29,546 nucleotides of DNA from a virus (taxonomy: Duplodnaviria; Caudoviricetes): positions 1 through 29,546 of IMG/VR virus record IMGVR_UViG_3300031861_000010; one strand, given 5' to 3'. The notes under the pieces were generated by a model. It was not told where the DNA came from and ran no database searches. It worked only from the letters and a program-made list of their open reading frames with translations. Shown here in pieces: positions 8,345 through 17,582 of the stretch (its first letter is position 1; each line of letters begins with the position of its first letter). A program made the translations under genes and the position numbers.

Positions 8345-11300
8345 ATGGCACTTACTCCCGAAGAACGTGAGGAGATAACGAGACAGTTCAGGGGTTCTGG
8401 TACTGGTTCTTTGTCTGCTATACAAGCATCTGTACCTCAGTATGGTGTACTACAATCAACAGGTGCTGAAGCACTTGGTGACATATTTGGCGCAGACACA
8501 ACGAGAGTTGCAGACTTCCGTAAAGCACAGGAAGAGAAGCTACAGCAATTCAACCCACAACACGCAGGAAGATTCTTAGAGTCTGAGCAGAAGCTCGACT
8601 GGTGGAAAGAGAAGGCTAGTCTTAATGCTATGAATACAGTAGCCCCAATGCTGGGCTTCACTGTGGGTAATATTCTTAAAGCCATGCCGCATCCTGTAGC
8701 TAAGGGCTTGGGTAGTCTAGTTAATTATGCTACCTTTGCCACAACCTACAATGCTAACCTTGGTGATACTATTGAAGAGCACCAGCGTATAGCAGGCAGA
8801 GAACTTACTGTTGCTGAGAAAACCAAAGCGGCCTTGGTTGCCGGTGGTCTTACTTACTTAGACACCTTAGCTCCTATCAAAGGTGCAAGTGCCACGTCTA
8901 AGGCATTAGCTAAGTCTTTCGGTAAAGGTGGTGTTAGTACTGCTAGAGCTAACCTAACTAAACTAGTCAATACTAGCAGAGACTCATTACTTAAGCAGGT
9001 AGGTACTGGTGCTAAGTTCGGTGCTAAGTTAGTCGGTACTGAAGCTGCAACTGAGGCAGCTCAGAAGGCAATACAAATAGGTACTAGTGTTGACCCGTCT
9101 ATACTAGGTACTTCTGAAGGCGCACAAGACATCTTTGAAGAGGCGTTAATTGCTGGTCCTACTGCTGGTATGATTGGTGCACCGGGTGCTATAGGCGAGG
9201 CACGTTCTACTAATAGGGATTTAAGTACTGCTAGAAGACTTGCCAAGGGATTCAACATAGACCAACTAAGGAATGCTAGTCCTACTAGTACAGAAACTGT
9301 TGGTGGTCTTATTGATTTACCAGAAGGCAGGGGCTACACTCCGGGAGTACAACAAACTTTCAATGAGGGCGCTGCGCTTCTTAAGAAGTACACCAATTAT
9401 GACATAAAGGAAGGTACTAAATCTCTTCTTGAGGGTACAACACTTAAGCCGTTGTCTCCTATTATTTATGATGTACGTAATAAAGCAAAGACAGGTGCAG
9501 AATTCCATGCAGCTAATGAAATATTCCAAAGCATTTCTCCTACTGGAACAGGAAGTCGTGAGAAAGGAACAACAAGCAACTTCGACAGTGTAAGAGCTGT
9601 TAAGTCAGGTACATATTTAAAAGACGTAGTTAATATAATTAACAAGTACTCTAACAAACGTATGGGCCTAGGTGACTTTGGTCGTAACATAGACCCTAGT
9701 ATCAGTGCTTATATTATTGCACGTCTTGAGCATAATCCTAAGAAACCAGAAACTGTTGCAGCTCTTAATGCTGCTGCTAAGAATGTGGATGCAGCTACTA
9801 GAGCAGGCATTGATGTAGACGCAGGTAAGGATGGTCTTATAAGAAAGGCACTGAACACAGCACAGAAAGACTTGAAAGAAGCTGGTGTTCCTATAGGATT
9901 TGTAGAGAACTACTTACATCGCCCTGTCAGTGCTGATGCTGTTAAACAAGACACTGAAGGTTTTGTAAGCAGTCTTATGGCATCACGTGCACGCGCTATT
10001 AGAGAAGGTAAACTAAAGGAACACTTCACACCTGCAGAGCTTGCAAAGGGTGCTGTTAAAAAGTGGGCTGATGGTATTGCACAAGACATTATAAATGGTG
10101 TTGACCCTGACCTTATAACGGCAAGAGAATTACTAGGTAAAGAGCAAGAGTTTGAAGGTACTAAACGTAAGGACTTTGAGAAGTCACGTAGTTCTGCTTG
10201 GGAACACTTAGATACTAAGTACAGAGAACGTAGTGTAGATAAGGTTCTTACTGGCTACCTGTCAAAGGCTGCTGTAAGAGTTGCTTCTGCTACAGCCTTT
10301 GGTTACAAGGCTAAGAAGCTAAGGAAAAACATTGAGGCTCTTTCTAAGAAGAGAGGTGACAACTCAACAGCTATAAGCCAAGAACAAATTAATAAGATTT
10401 ATGACGTGTATGATGCTGTTCATAATATATATAAAAGACCAACAACAGAGAAAGAACAGAACTGGAGAGCACTTTCTAAAATAGCAACAGGTGTAGGTGC
10501 TTTCACACACCTAGGTATGGCAACTCTATCTTCTATAGTGGAGCTTGCTTGGATTGGTGAGCGTGCTGGCTTCGGTAACATGCTGGCTACTCTTCCTAAG
10601 GCACTTAGTTATACTGTAAAGGGCATATACAGAGGAGCTTCAGGTAAACACATAGAACCGGGAGAAGGTGCTCAGGCACTTGCGTTACTTGGTTACAACT
10701 TAAACCCTGAAGTCAATGAACGCTTAGACCAGTTGTTCTCTACTGATAAAAACAAACTATTGAATATGTACTTCCGTAGCCCGTTAGGTGGTTTCCTTAC
10801 ACAGTGGACTAACTTCAACAGGAACTGGGCAGCTCAGGCTATGCTAAGTAACATCAACAGCAGAGCTAATGGTCTTATTAGAGGTAACATATCAGACATC
10901 GAGAAGAGAAGACTTGAGAACGAGCTTCACGAGAATGGAATTAGTATTGATACCTTTAACCAACTGACTAACTTGGCACGTAACGAGGAAGGAAAGGTTC
11001 GTATTGATATTACAAACGATGCTTTCCTTGATGCTGTTATTACAGCTAATGGTAAAGAAACTACAGTGAGAGATGTGCTTATACCTTGGTTACATAAGGT
11101 TGTTGATGATGTAGTAGTAACTCCTAAAGCTACTAACAAACCTTTATGGATGTCTAATCCTAACTACGCTATCATAGCACAGCTTAAGACTTTCCCTATT
11201 GTATTTGGTAATACTGTTGTTAAGAGATTACTTAGGAAGTTAAATCCTAAGCAGTGTACTCCTGATTATGGTGCTGCTATTGGTGTGGTAGGTGCGCTTG

Positions 11301-11644
11301 CTGCTTCATACGCTCTGGTACACCTAGGTGAAATACTTAAGGACGCAATCAGAGACGAGGACCATGAGTCCCCTGCATTCTTAGAGACTATAGACAGAGC
11401 AGGTCTTACAGGTGCTCCGGGTATGGTCTTTGGTTCTGGTAAGTATGGTGATGCTGCATCTTCATTGATGGGTGTAAGCTTTGGTTTCATAACTAAAGCA
11501 TTAGAAGATGTCATCTCTCCTTTGTGGTCTGGTGATGCAGAGGTTGACGTCAGTGATAACCTTATTGAATGGTTGGGTGAAAGCCTTGACTCTTCTATGG
11601 GTGCTGCGGGTATACACTTCAAACCTTTTGGAGGAGATGAGTAA
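8345..11644 (+). CDS. Large internal virion/DNA ejection protein (1099 aa, T7 gp16-like position)
   Basis: Size; Ala/Gly-rich helical composition; EAATEAAQ segment; C-terminal AQLKTFP motif. Confidence 0.6.
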   Translation: MALTPEEREEITRQFRGSGTGSLSAIQASVPQYGVLQSTGAEALGDIFGADTTRVADFRKAQEEKLQQFNPQHAGRFLESEQKLDWWKEKASLNAMNTVAPMLGFTVGNILKAMPHPVAKGLGSLVNYATFATTYNANLGDTIEEHQRIAGRELTVAEKTKAALVAGGLTYLDTLAPIKGASATSKALAKSFGKGGVSTARANLTKLVNTSRDSLLKQVGTGAKFGAKLVGTEAATEAAQKAIQIGTSVDPSILGTSEGAQDIFEEALIAGPTAGMIGAPGAIGEARSTNRDLSTARRLAKGFNIDQLRNASPTSTETVGGLIDLPEGRGYTPGVQQTFNEGAALLKKYTNYDIKEGTKSLLEGTTLKPLSPIIYDVRNKAKTGAEFHAANEIFQSISPTGTGSREKGTTSNFDSVRAVKSGTYLKDVVNIINKYSNKRMGLGDFGRNIDPSISAYIIARLEHNPKKPETVAALNAAAKNVDAATRAGIDVDAGKDGLIRKALNTAQKDLKEAGVPIGFVENYLHRPVSADAVKQDTEGFVSSLMASRARAIREGKLKEHFTPAELAKGAVKKWADGIAQDIINGVDPDLITARELLGKEQEFEGTKRKDFEKSRSSAWEHLDTKYRERSVDKVLTGYLSKAAVRVASATAFGYKAKKLRKNIEALSKKRGDNSTAISQEQINKIYDVYDAVHNIYKRPTTEKEQNWRALSKIATGVGAFTHLGMATLSSIVELAWIGERAGFGNMLATLPKALSYTVKGIYRGASGKHIEPGEGAQALALLGYNLNPEVNERLDQLFSTDKNKLLNMYFRSPLGGFLTQWTNFNRNWAAQAMLSNINSRANGLIRGNISDIEKRRLENELHENGISIDTFNQLTNLARNEEGKVRIDITNDAFLDAVITANGKETTVRDVLIPWLHKVVDDVVVTPKATNKPLWMSNPNYAIIAQLKTFPIVFGNTVVKRLLRKLNPKQCTPDYGAAIGVVGALAASYALVHLGEILKDAIRDEDHESPAFLETIDRAGLTGAPGMVFGSGKYGDAASSLMGVSFGFITKALEDVISPLWSGDAEVDVSDNLIEWLGESLDSSMGAAGIHFKPFGGDE

Positions 11645-12414
11645 TGGCTTGTGGAACTAATATTGTACCGGGGTTTGATGACTCTAATAAGATTAAAGAC
11701 CACGGGCTAGAGGTTAAGATTGAGCAGGAGATAAATGCTTTTCATGGCTCTCCTGAGAGGAATATAATTAAATTCAGCACAGACAAAATCGGAACAGGAG
11801 AAGGTGCTCAGGTTTTTGGGTGGGGTTTGTACTTCACTGACAGTGAGGGTATAGCTTCTAAGTATGCTGACCAACACCTAACAAGATTGTCTGATTCACT
11901 AGCTCCTCAAGATTTCATAGACGATTATTTCAAAAACACAGGGTTTCCTGTTAACGCAAAAACCCTAGATGACGCTGCTAAGGAATTCATATCTCGTAAA
12001 AGACCAGACACATCACAGGGTTTCAGGAACAAAATGGATGATGCTGCTGCTCTTATTCGTGAAGGGTACATTCCTAAGCAGGGTGGTGCTGTATACTCGG
12101 TTACCATCAAAGCAGGTAAGTCTAATTTGTTATTATGGCACGTGCCTTTAAACAAACAACACCCTGATATACAGAATACAATCAAGAATATAATTAAGCG
12201 ACACAGGTTAAGTATAAAAGGTGAGCAGTATGGTTCTGACTTGTATCAGACACTGGCGAGAGTACTAGGTCCTAAGAAAACATCAAAGTACTTACTGTCG
12301 TTAGGAATTCGTGGTATTAAATATAATGCCGACACAATATCAGGTAACTTCTCCAGCAGTTCTAAAAACTATGTCGTGTTCGATGAGCGTCACGTTGCTA
12401 TACAACAGCCTTAA
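11644..12414 (+). CDS. Putative ADP-ribosyltransferase of the polyvalent-protein type (ART-PolyVal-like), stand-alone
   Basis: AFHGSP...KFSTDKIGTGEGAQVFGWGLYFT...IASKYA, GAVYSV and LGIRGIKY...NYVVFD motifs; RBS GGAG; TAATG coupling. Confidence 0.7.
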   Translation: MACGTNIVPGFDDSNKIKDHGLEVKIEQEINAFHGSPERNIIKFSTDKIGTGEGAQVFGWGLYFTDSEGIASKYADQHLTRLSDSLAPQDFIDDYFKNTGFPVNAKTLDDAAKEFISRKRPDTSQGFRNKMDDAAALIREGYIPKQGGAVYSVTIKAGKSNLLLWHVPLNKQHPDIQNTIKNIIKRHRLSIKGEQYGSDLYQTLARVLGPKKTSKYLLSLGIRGIKYNADTISGNFSSSSKNYVVFDERHVAIQQP

Positions 12415-12793
12415 GTAACTTCTGTAAGTTGACAAGACACAGCTTACTTGCTCTGTTGTCACCGCCCATTACAGTGTAGGGCTTCATCTCTTCTATTATA
12501 GAGCGTAACTTCTCGACAGGGAACATGAGACTACACTGCAACTCTCCATCCTTCACTAGATTGTGTACCCATACGTCAGCTTCGGTTGACGTTAGTCCTG
12601 AGGGTTTGCCATAACTCTCTACCTCAATACAGATGTTGCCTGTGGTTACCCACTTGTCACGCTCTGTCTTTATTTCTGCTGTCTTAGCACCTGAGAACAG
12701 CTCGTCTATGTGCTTCTCCCATTGCTGACCAAACTCTAGGTCAACGTCAAACTTCTTTCTACCTTCCCAGTCTTTTGCTTTATTTAGGCTCAA
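12398..12793 (-). CDS. Phage protein, possible PD-(D/E)XK-like fold (131 aa)
   Basis: AEIKTE...TGNICIE..SYGKPSGL..TEADVW motif and GGDN..SK, typical of a widespread marine phage family. Confidence 0.55.
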   Translation of the reverse strand: MSLNKAKDWEGRKKFDVDLEFGQQWEKHIDELFSGAKTAEIKTERDKWVTTGNICIEVESYGKPSGLTSTEADVWVHNLVKDGELQCSLMFPVEKLRSIIEEMKPYTVMGGDNRASKLCLVNLQKLLKAVV

Positions 12794-13187
12794 GTAATTC
12801 CCCTGTGATTTCTATTAGTATACAGTTGTCTTCTTCTATACCACCAAACTCAGTGGTAATCTTTGTTACGTAGTCATAGTTGTCATCCTCGACAATGCCC
12901 TCTTCAACTAACACATCCATAATAAATTTATGTGCGGGGAAAGTGTAGTTGTCTAGGTCTTTCTTTCTATTACCTTTAAAGTATAGCTTATAGCTAGGTG
13001 TTAGTGTCTTAAACTTAGGTAGTGTTTGTACCCAAGGCCTTACTACATCTGCATAGTCTTGTTTGACTTTGTTCTTTGAGTAATGGTGTAGGTTTCTAAA
13101 CACATTAAGACTAAGTAAGTTCCACTTCTTGTCTTCTCCTCTTCCTTTAGAATATAAAGGTAAAGGTAGTACTGCTTTATGCACCAT
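12780..13187 (-). CDS. rusA: RusA-like Holliday junction resolvase (start revised to ATG 13187)
   Basis: LSLN, KKDLDN, MDVLVEEGIVEDDN acidic catalytic pattern of the RusA family. Confidence 0.7.
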   Translation of the reverse strand: MVHKAVLPLPLYSKGRGEDKKWNLLSLNVFRNLHHYSKNKVKQDYADVVRPWVQTLPKFKTLTPSYKLYFKGNRKKDLDNYTFPAHKFIMDVLVEEGIVEDDNYDYVTKITTEFGGIEEDNCILIEITGELLEPK

Positions 13188-13401
13188 AGTAACCACCCTC
13201 TCTATACCAACTCCACATATCCGTGGGCTTCTCTTCAATGTTTCCTATTGAGTCGACATCTATTCTAAAATCTCTGGCGTCTAGCAGGTAGTCCAGCTTC
13301 TCAGCGTATTCTCTATGTTGCTTACAAAGCAGCACCTCTTCATCTGTCAGCAGTAGCCTGTCTAATATTTGTTTAAAGGTGTATGTTGTTTCTTCAGTCA
13401 T
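13177..13401 (-). CDS. Hypothetical protein (74 aa; start revised to ATG 13401)
   Basis: RBS AGGAG upstream of MTEETTY; overlaps both neighbours. Confidence 0.55.
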   Translation of the reverse strand: MTEETTYTFKQILDRLLLTDEEVLLCKQHREYAEKLDYLLDARDFRIDVDSIGNIEEKPTDMWSWYREGGYYGA

Positions 13402-13591
13402 TTGTATTCTCCTGTCTTTTCCAGCATTCAACTATCTGGTCAGCTATGTAAGCACGTGATGTGCCTGTTGGGTATTCGTGTGACCAGTTTGATGCCATCT
13501 TCATTGCGTTGGCGTGTGTCTTAGCCTTGGACTTGGTAATGTAATACTCTTTGTACCTGTACTTAATTCTGTTTATTAATTCTTTAGTCAT
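13394..13591 (-). CDS. Hypothetical protein (65 aa)
   Basis: RBS GGAGG; TAATG coupling. Confidence 0.55.
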   Translation of the reverse strand: MTKELINRIKYRYKEYYITKSKAKTHANAMKMASNWSHEYPTGTSRAYIADQIVECWKRQENTND

Positions 13592-13725
13592 TACTTCCTC
13601 CAGTCTCTTTTCCAGAACGGTCTACGTGCTGTTGTATTTCTAACCTCTCGGTTACGAGCCTTATCCCTACGTAATTTATGATAAAGCTCGGATGTTTTGT
13701 CTGTCTGTACTAGGTTCTTCTTCAC
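13591..13725 (-). CDS. Small basic protein (44 aa), not in the ORF track
   Basis: GTG start overlapping the upstream TGA; MKKNLVQTDKTSELYHKLRRDKARNREVRNTTARRPFWKRDWRK; its stop overlaps the next ATG. Confidence 0.5.
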   Translation of the reverse strand: MKKNLVQTDKTSELYHKLRRDKARNREVRNTTARRPFWKRDWRK

Positions 13726-13796
13726 AATATAGTAAACGAAAGTAAGAACATATACACCCATATTGTAAGAGCGAGTCCTAGTACAAAGTTAATCAC
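13722..13796 (-). CDS. 24-aa single-TM microprotein, not in the ORF track
   Basis: MINFVLGLALTIWVYMFLLSFTIL; GTGA overlaps at both ends exactly fill the gap. Confidence 0.45.
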   Translation of the reverse strand: MINFVLGLALTIWVYMFLLSFTIL

Positions 13797-13975
13797 AGAC
13801 CTAGCCAGCTACCTGCTAACATAAGCATTACAATACCTACAAAAACAACTAGACTAGTCTTTGTTTTCAATAGCTTCATAAGTTCATCCATCTTTCTTAC
13901 CTCTTCAGTTGTTGTCGCTACTTCAATGGTCTCTGCGTCAGCGACTTTCCACAGTTTCCTTGTTAGGTTGCTCAC
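13793..13975 (-). CDS. Small C-terminally anchored membrane protein (60 aa)
   Basis: GTGA overlap with the nrdJ stop; C-terminal hydrophobic LVVFVGIVMLMLAGSWLGL. Confidence 0.55.
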   Translation of the reverse strand: MSNLTRKLWKVADAETIEVATTTEEVRKMDELMKLLKTKTSLVVFVGIVMLMLAGSWLGL

Positions 13976-15915
13976 TCTTTATCACCTTCTTCATCAGTTA
14001 AGTCTACCATCTCACATACGTTACCGGTACAAGCTAACGTCTTGGTGCTGGTTGTTGTGTCTGTCAACTCGTACTGACTAATCAGTGACCAGTCGACAGC
14101 CTTAGGCATCTTCTTAAGCAGTGCCTTGTAGTCTGCTTTACTACAGTCTTCATAAGGTGCTTGTTGGTACGTGTGGTCTGAGTGTGGTAAGAAAGACACA
14201 CCACTTACCTCGTCAAAGTGTTTGTACACCCACGCACCTACTTCCATCCACTCGTGTTCTTTAACAGACACAGTAACAGATGGCTTGTGTTCACAGTAAT
14301 GTCTCTGGTACGTTAGCCACAGCTCCAGTTGCTCGAGTGCTGTCCTGTCATCTCTAAGCACAGCGCCTTTAGGTGCTTCCATAGGGAACGTAAACACCTT
14401 AACACTGTCTGGCTTCATAACGTCAGCCTCGCAAGGGATGCCTTGGTCTTCCATCAACTGTGCTATAGGGTCTTTAGCATCAGCCCTTACTCGTCTTAAG
14501 TAGTAGTCGTTATGTCTTGAGTGAATACCACTGGCGCTGTCAACTAACTGACTGACTGTACCACTTGGTTTAATAGCTGTAATGGAAGTTGATTGGTTAA
14601 TCCCCAGCTTCTTAGCCCACAACTTATTAGTGTCTACTGACTTCTGTCTCAGTATTGCTAAGTAGTCTGTAAGCTCGTGAGTAGTTGTGTTCATAAAAGT
14701 ATTGTCCATAATACCCGTAAGGCTGACACCGAGTAGCGCCTCTTCTTCTGTGTTATGTTTCCATTTCGCACGTAAACGCTTGAGGTTGGTCAAAGATGAC
14801 TGGAACGTACCCAACATAGTAGCTAGCCTAATCTTCTCTAGAATCGAATCCTGTGTATCCTCAGCTCTAACGACACACTCAGTGAGGTTACAGAACTGCC
14901 CGTCTCTTAGTATGATTTCACTACAAGGGTTACAACCAAAGTGGTGGTCAGTGTCTCTTCTTCCTACCCTAGCTACCTGCTTGACCGCCGCCTCTCTGTT
15001 AAAGATACCACGTTCACCAGACTTAGACTCATATAAAGACAACCACTCTTGCATAAAGCTATTCATATTAGGCTTCTCAGTGTAACACACGGAGTTGTTA
15101 GCAAGAGCCATCTCAGGTGTGTCTTGCCACCACTGTCCAGACTTAGCGTGTCTCATGCGGTCATCCGTAAGGTTAGACAAACTAATAAGTGCTGAACGTC
15201 TTACACCACCCACTACCACTACCTCTGCAATCTTACACATAAGGCGGTGGCACTCATAGCTAGTCAGTGTGCGTCCTTCAGCTTCCTTGAATAGGTGTAC
15301 GGTAAAGTTAAACAAGTCCTCAAGAGGTGCTGGTCCACTTGCTCTGCCCCCGAAGGTACTAAGGCGAGCGCCTTTAGGGCGTATCTTGGTTAAGTCCCAC
15401 GATGGAATCCTACCGTTGTACAAGAACCCTATTAACTTACTGAACGCTGTCTGCCAACCTTCCTTTGAATCAGACACCACTATTAGATTCTCAGGTGTGT
15501 CAATCAACCCACCAGGAATCCTTGGTAGTTTGTTAATGTGTTGTCTTTCTACACTAAAGCCTACACCTGTGCCGTGCATCAGGATGTATAGGCACTCATC
15601 AAATGCTTTGGGATGGTCAACACTTAGGTACGCACAGTTATAACCAGCGATGTGGTTCTTCTCTAGTGCTGGTCCTGCTGTCATTAACGCTCTCATACTA
15701 GGCATAATGTCTAGGTTAAGAACTGCTTGCTCTAGTTCCTTGCGTGTAGTAGGTGTAAGCGTGTACTCAGTGTTCTCACTAAGGTGCTTATCCATAAAGT
15801 CAAAGTAACGTGCTACTGTCTCTGACCAGTTCTCTCTTCTGTTCTTCTCCGGTAGCCATCGAGCATAGCGGCTTAGGGCTATGAAGTTTTGGTAATCTGT
15901 TGGTAGGTTGTTCAT
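13972..15915 (-). CDS. nrdJ: Class II (adenosylcobalamin-dependent) ribonucleotide reductase
   Basis: MPSMR, YNCAY, GTGVGFS, GGVRRSALI, NPCSEI, FCNL, TAIKPSGTVS and C-terminal ACTGNVCE; no beta-subunit gene adjacent. Confidence 0.9.
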   Translation of the reverse strand: MNNLPTDYQNFIALSRYARWLPEKNRRENWSETVARYFDFMDKHLSENTEYTLTPTTRKELEQAVLNLDIMPSMRALMTAGPALEKNHIAGYNCAYLSVDHPKAFDECLYILMHGTGVGFSVERQHINKLPRIPGGLIDTPENLIVVSDSKEGWQTAFSKLIGFLYNGRIPSWDLTKIRPKGARLSTFGGRASGPAPLEDLFNFTVHLFKEAEGRTLTSYECHRLMCKIAEVVVVGGVRRSALISLSNLTDDRMRHAKSGQWWQDTPEMALANNSVCYTEKPNMNSFMQEWLSLYESKSGERGIFNREAAVKQVARVGRRDTDHHFGCNPCSEIILRDGQFCNLTECVVRAEDTQDSILEKIRLATMLGTFQSSLTNLKRLRAKWKHNTEEEALLGVSLTGIMDNTFMNTTTHELTDYLAILRQKSVDTNKLWAKKLGINQSTSITAIKPSGTVSQLVDSASGIHSRHNDYYLRRVRADAKDPIAQLMEDQGIPCEADVMKPDSVKVFTFPMEAPKGAVLRDDRTALEQLELWLTYQRHYCEHKPSVTVSVKEHEWMEVGAWVYKHFDEVSGVSFLPHSDHTYQQAPYEDCSKADYKALLKKMPKAVDWSLISQYELTDTTTSTKTLACTGNVCEMVDLTDEEGDKE

Positions 15916-16109
15916 TTCTTTCCTTTTATAAATTCAATTTCAATCATAGGCTCGCCGTTCTCGTCTGTGTACTGGTAGTACACAAGCTCCCCTCTGTTGT
16001 GTTGTGCTATAGCATCGAGCAAGCCTTCTCTGTATGCTGTCCTATAAGTCCAGTAGTTAAATGCCGCACCTAAAGCAACCCAAGCTAAACTAATTAGTAT
16101 GTATTCCAT
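15912..16109 (-). CDS. Small N-terminal TM protein (65 aa)
   Basis: Hydrophobic N-terminus then YREG; ATGA coupling to nrdJ. Confidence 0.55.
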   Translation of the reverse strand: MEYILISLAWVALGAAFNYWTYRTAYREGLLDAIAQHNRGELVYYQYTDENGEPMIEIEFIKGKK

Positions 16110-16270
16110 CCGCTTTCCTCAAAATCCTCTAAGAATCTGTCTCTCTTCTCAATCAAACGCTTTTCAAAAGCATTAAGAAGCTCCTCTGGTTCAAGCTCAA
16201 GCTCCTCACATATGAGACACACATCATATGTGGAAGCTATAAACTCTTTTAGTTCAGGCAGTTGCTTCAA
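16094..16270 (-). CDS. Small acidic protein (58 aa), not in the ORF track
   Basis: TTG start overlapping the nuclease TGA; MKQLPELKEFIASTYDVCLICEELELEPEELLNAFEKRLIEKRDRFLEDFEESGWNTY fills the gap. Confidence 0.55.
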   Translation of the reverse strand: MKQLPELKEFIASTYDVCLICEELELEPEELLNAFEKRLIEKRDRFLEDFEESGWNTY

Positions 16271-17070
16271 AAGCTACCACCTATGTTATCAACATAGTAA
16301 CTAGTAATCTTACCAGTCTGTCTAGCACTTATGGAATCATAACAGTGTTCTTTATAACCACAAAAGGCACAGTTCATGCACAACCTCTCCTCGCCTGTCT
16401 TCTTACTGAACGTGGTAGCATTAGCAATCCTCATGGGTGGTGTGTCTGACTCCATCTTGTCTTTAAGTTGTAGTATGTGTTGGTCAACACTACGGTCAAG
16501 CTCTTGCTTACATAACTTAAGGGTTGACTTGTTCTTGTTAAGTGCTAAGAAGTAGCCTGACTCCCTGTTGTCTGTCTTACCATACGCACTAAGTTGTTTT
16601 ACATAACCGAAAGCATCGTCTTTAATACCATCCGCTGCAAACTTATTGTCCCAGCTCCATGCACTTGCTGTCTTAATGTCTACTAGTTCACCATCAATAG
16701 TGCAGTCCTGCGAACCTAGGATGCCCTCAACCTCGTGCTTCTTCTGTTGCTCTGTCACCTCGTGACCAGCTAACTTAACAAGTGCAACAAGTATAGCCTC
16801 GAGCACGTGACCCTGCAAGAATGTAAGGTATACACTGCCTTCTATTTCCTCAGCCTCGTAGCCCTTTACATTGTACCACTGAGCACGTTCACACCTGCCT
16901 ATGCCAGACATACGTAGCTTACGCTTGTCTTCATATGGCTCGAACGCCTGCACCATTGCTTCTTCCACTTCTTTTCCTGCTTGTGCAGCGATGGTCTTTA
17001 GGTCTCCGGAATAATCCTTTGTCTTTAGAACATCATATACATCCTGTACTACTGTGTTAATTGTCTTCAT
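16267..17070 (-). CDS. Cas4-like PD-(D/E)XK exonuclease
   Basis: MSGIGRC, GHVLE, GSQD, VDIKTAS, KQLSAYG (QxxxY) and C-terminal CAFCGYKEHC: 1+3 Cys arrangement. Confidence 0.8.
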   Translation of the reverse strand: MKTINTVVQDVYDVLKTKDYSGDLKTIAAQAGKEVEEAMVQAFEPYEDKRKLRMSGIGRCERAQWYNVKGYEAEEIEGSVYLTFLQGHVLEAILVALVKLAGHEVTEQQKKHEVEGILGSQDCTIDGELVDIKTASAWSWDNKFAADGIKDDAFGYVKQLSAYGKTDNRESGYFLALNKNKSTLKLCKQELDRSVDQHILQLKDKMESDTPPMRIANATTFSKKTGEERLCMNCAFCGYKEHCYDSISARQTGKITSYYVDNIGGSF

Positions 17071-17275
17071 CTTCTTCCTCTCTTATTGTAATCTCTATCA
17101 AACGGTTCAAATACCATTGTGCTTTCTTTAGGTCTTCTAATCCGTTCTTAAACTTATACCTTGTTATGTATTTTATCACATTCCCTTCATGGTAACTTAG
17201 TTGCTTTGCTTCTATGTATTCAATGCAACTTGCACCACCTTGGTTGTAATGGTCGGGGTTAATGTTATCCTTCAT
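17057..17275 (-). CDS. DUF3310 family protein (T7 gp1.7-like nucleotide kinase); start revised to 17275
   Basis: NPDHY, CIEYI, GNVIKYITRYKFKNGLEDLKKAQWYL signature. Confidence 0.85.
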   Translation of the reverse strand: MKDNINPDHYNQGGASCIEYIEAKQLSYHEGNVIKYITRYKFKNGLEDLKKAQWYLNRLIEITIREEEDEDN

Positions 17276-17582
17276 GCCTAGCCTCATAATACCCAGTAGC
17301 CCACATTATGTGTTGCTTGCGACCGCTCCTCCCTTTTAATTTCCTGTCATCTATTTTTATAAGTCCCTTGTCTTTTAAGGCTCTGTACCTTGCGGTCACC
17401 GAACTGTAACTGTAATCAGAAAGCTCTTCTCTAACATCATCAGATATACAACCTTCCTTTCTATGCTTTGATATTACACTTAGCACAATATCCTCCATTT
17501 TTGTTACATCTCCTAATGAATAAGCAGCTTCCTTGCTTGTGTCAGTACCATCAGCCCTATATAGTTTTCTAGTGTGTTCCAT
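17265..17582 (-). CDS. Winged-helix DNA-binding protein (105 aa)
   Basis: R..GTDTSKEAA N-terminal motif; SSVTARYRALKDKGLI helix; wing SGRKQHIMW. Confidence 0.65.
   Translation of the reverse strand: MEHTRKLYRADGTDTSKEAAYSLGDVTKMEDIVLSVISKHRKEGCISDDVREELSDYSYSSVTARYRALKDKGLIKIDDRKLKGRSGRKQHIMWATGYYEARHEG

Noticed and set aside
1760-11703. Numerous - strand ORFs in the track opposite the structural genes (e.g. 2486-2824 Pro-rich, 11266-11703)
   Set aside because: Antisense shadows of well-supported + strand genes; the Pro-rich one simply mirrors Gly codons
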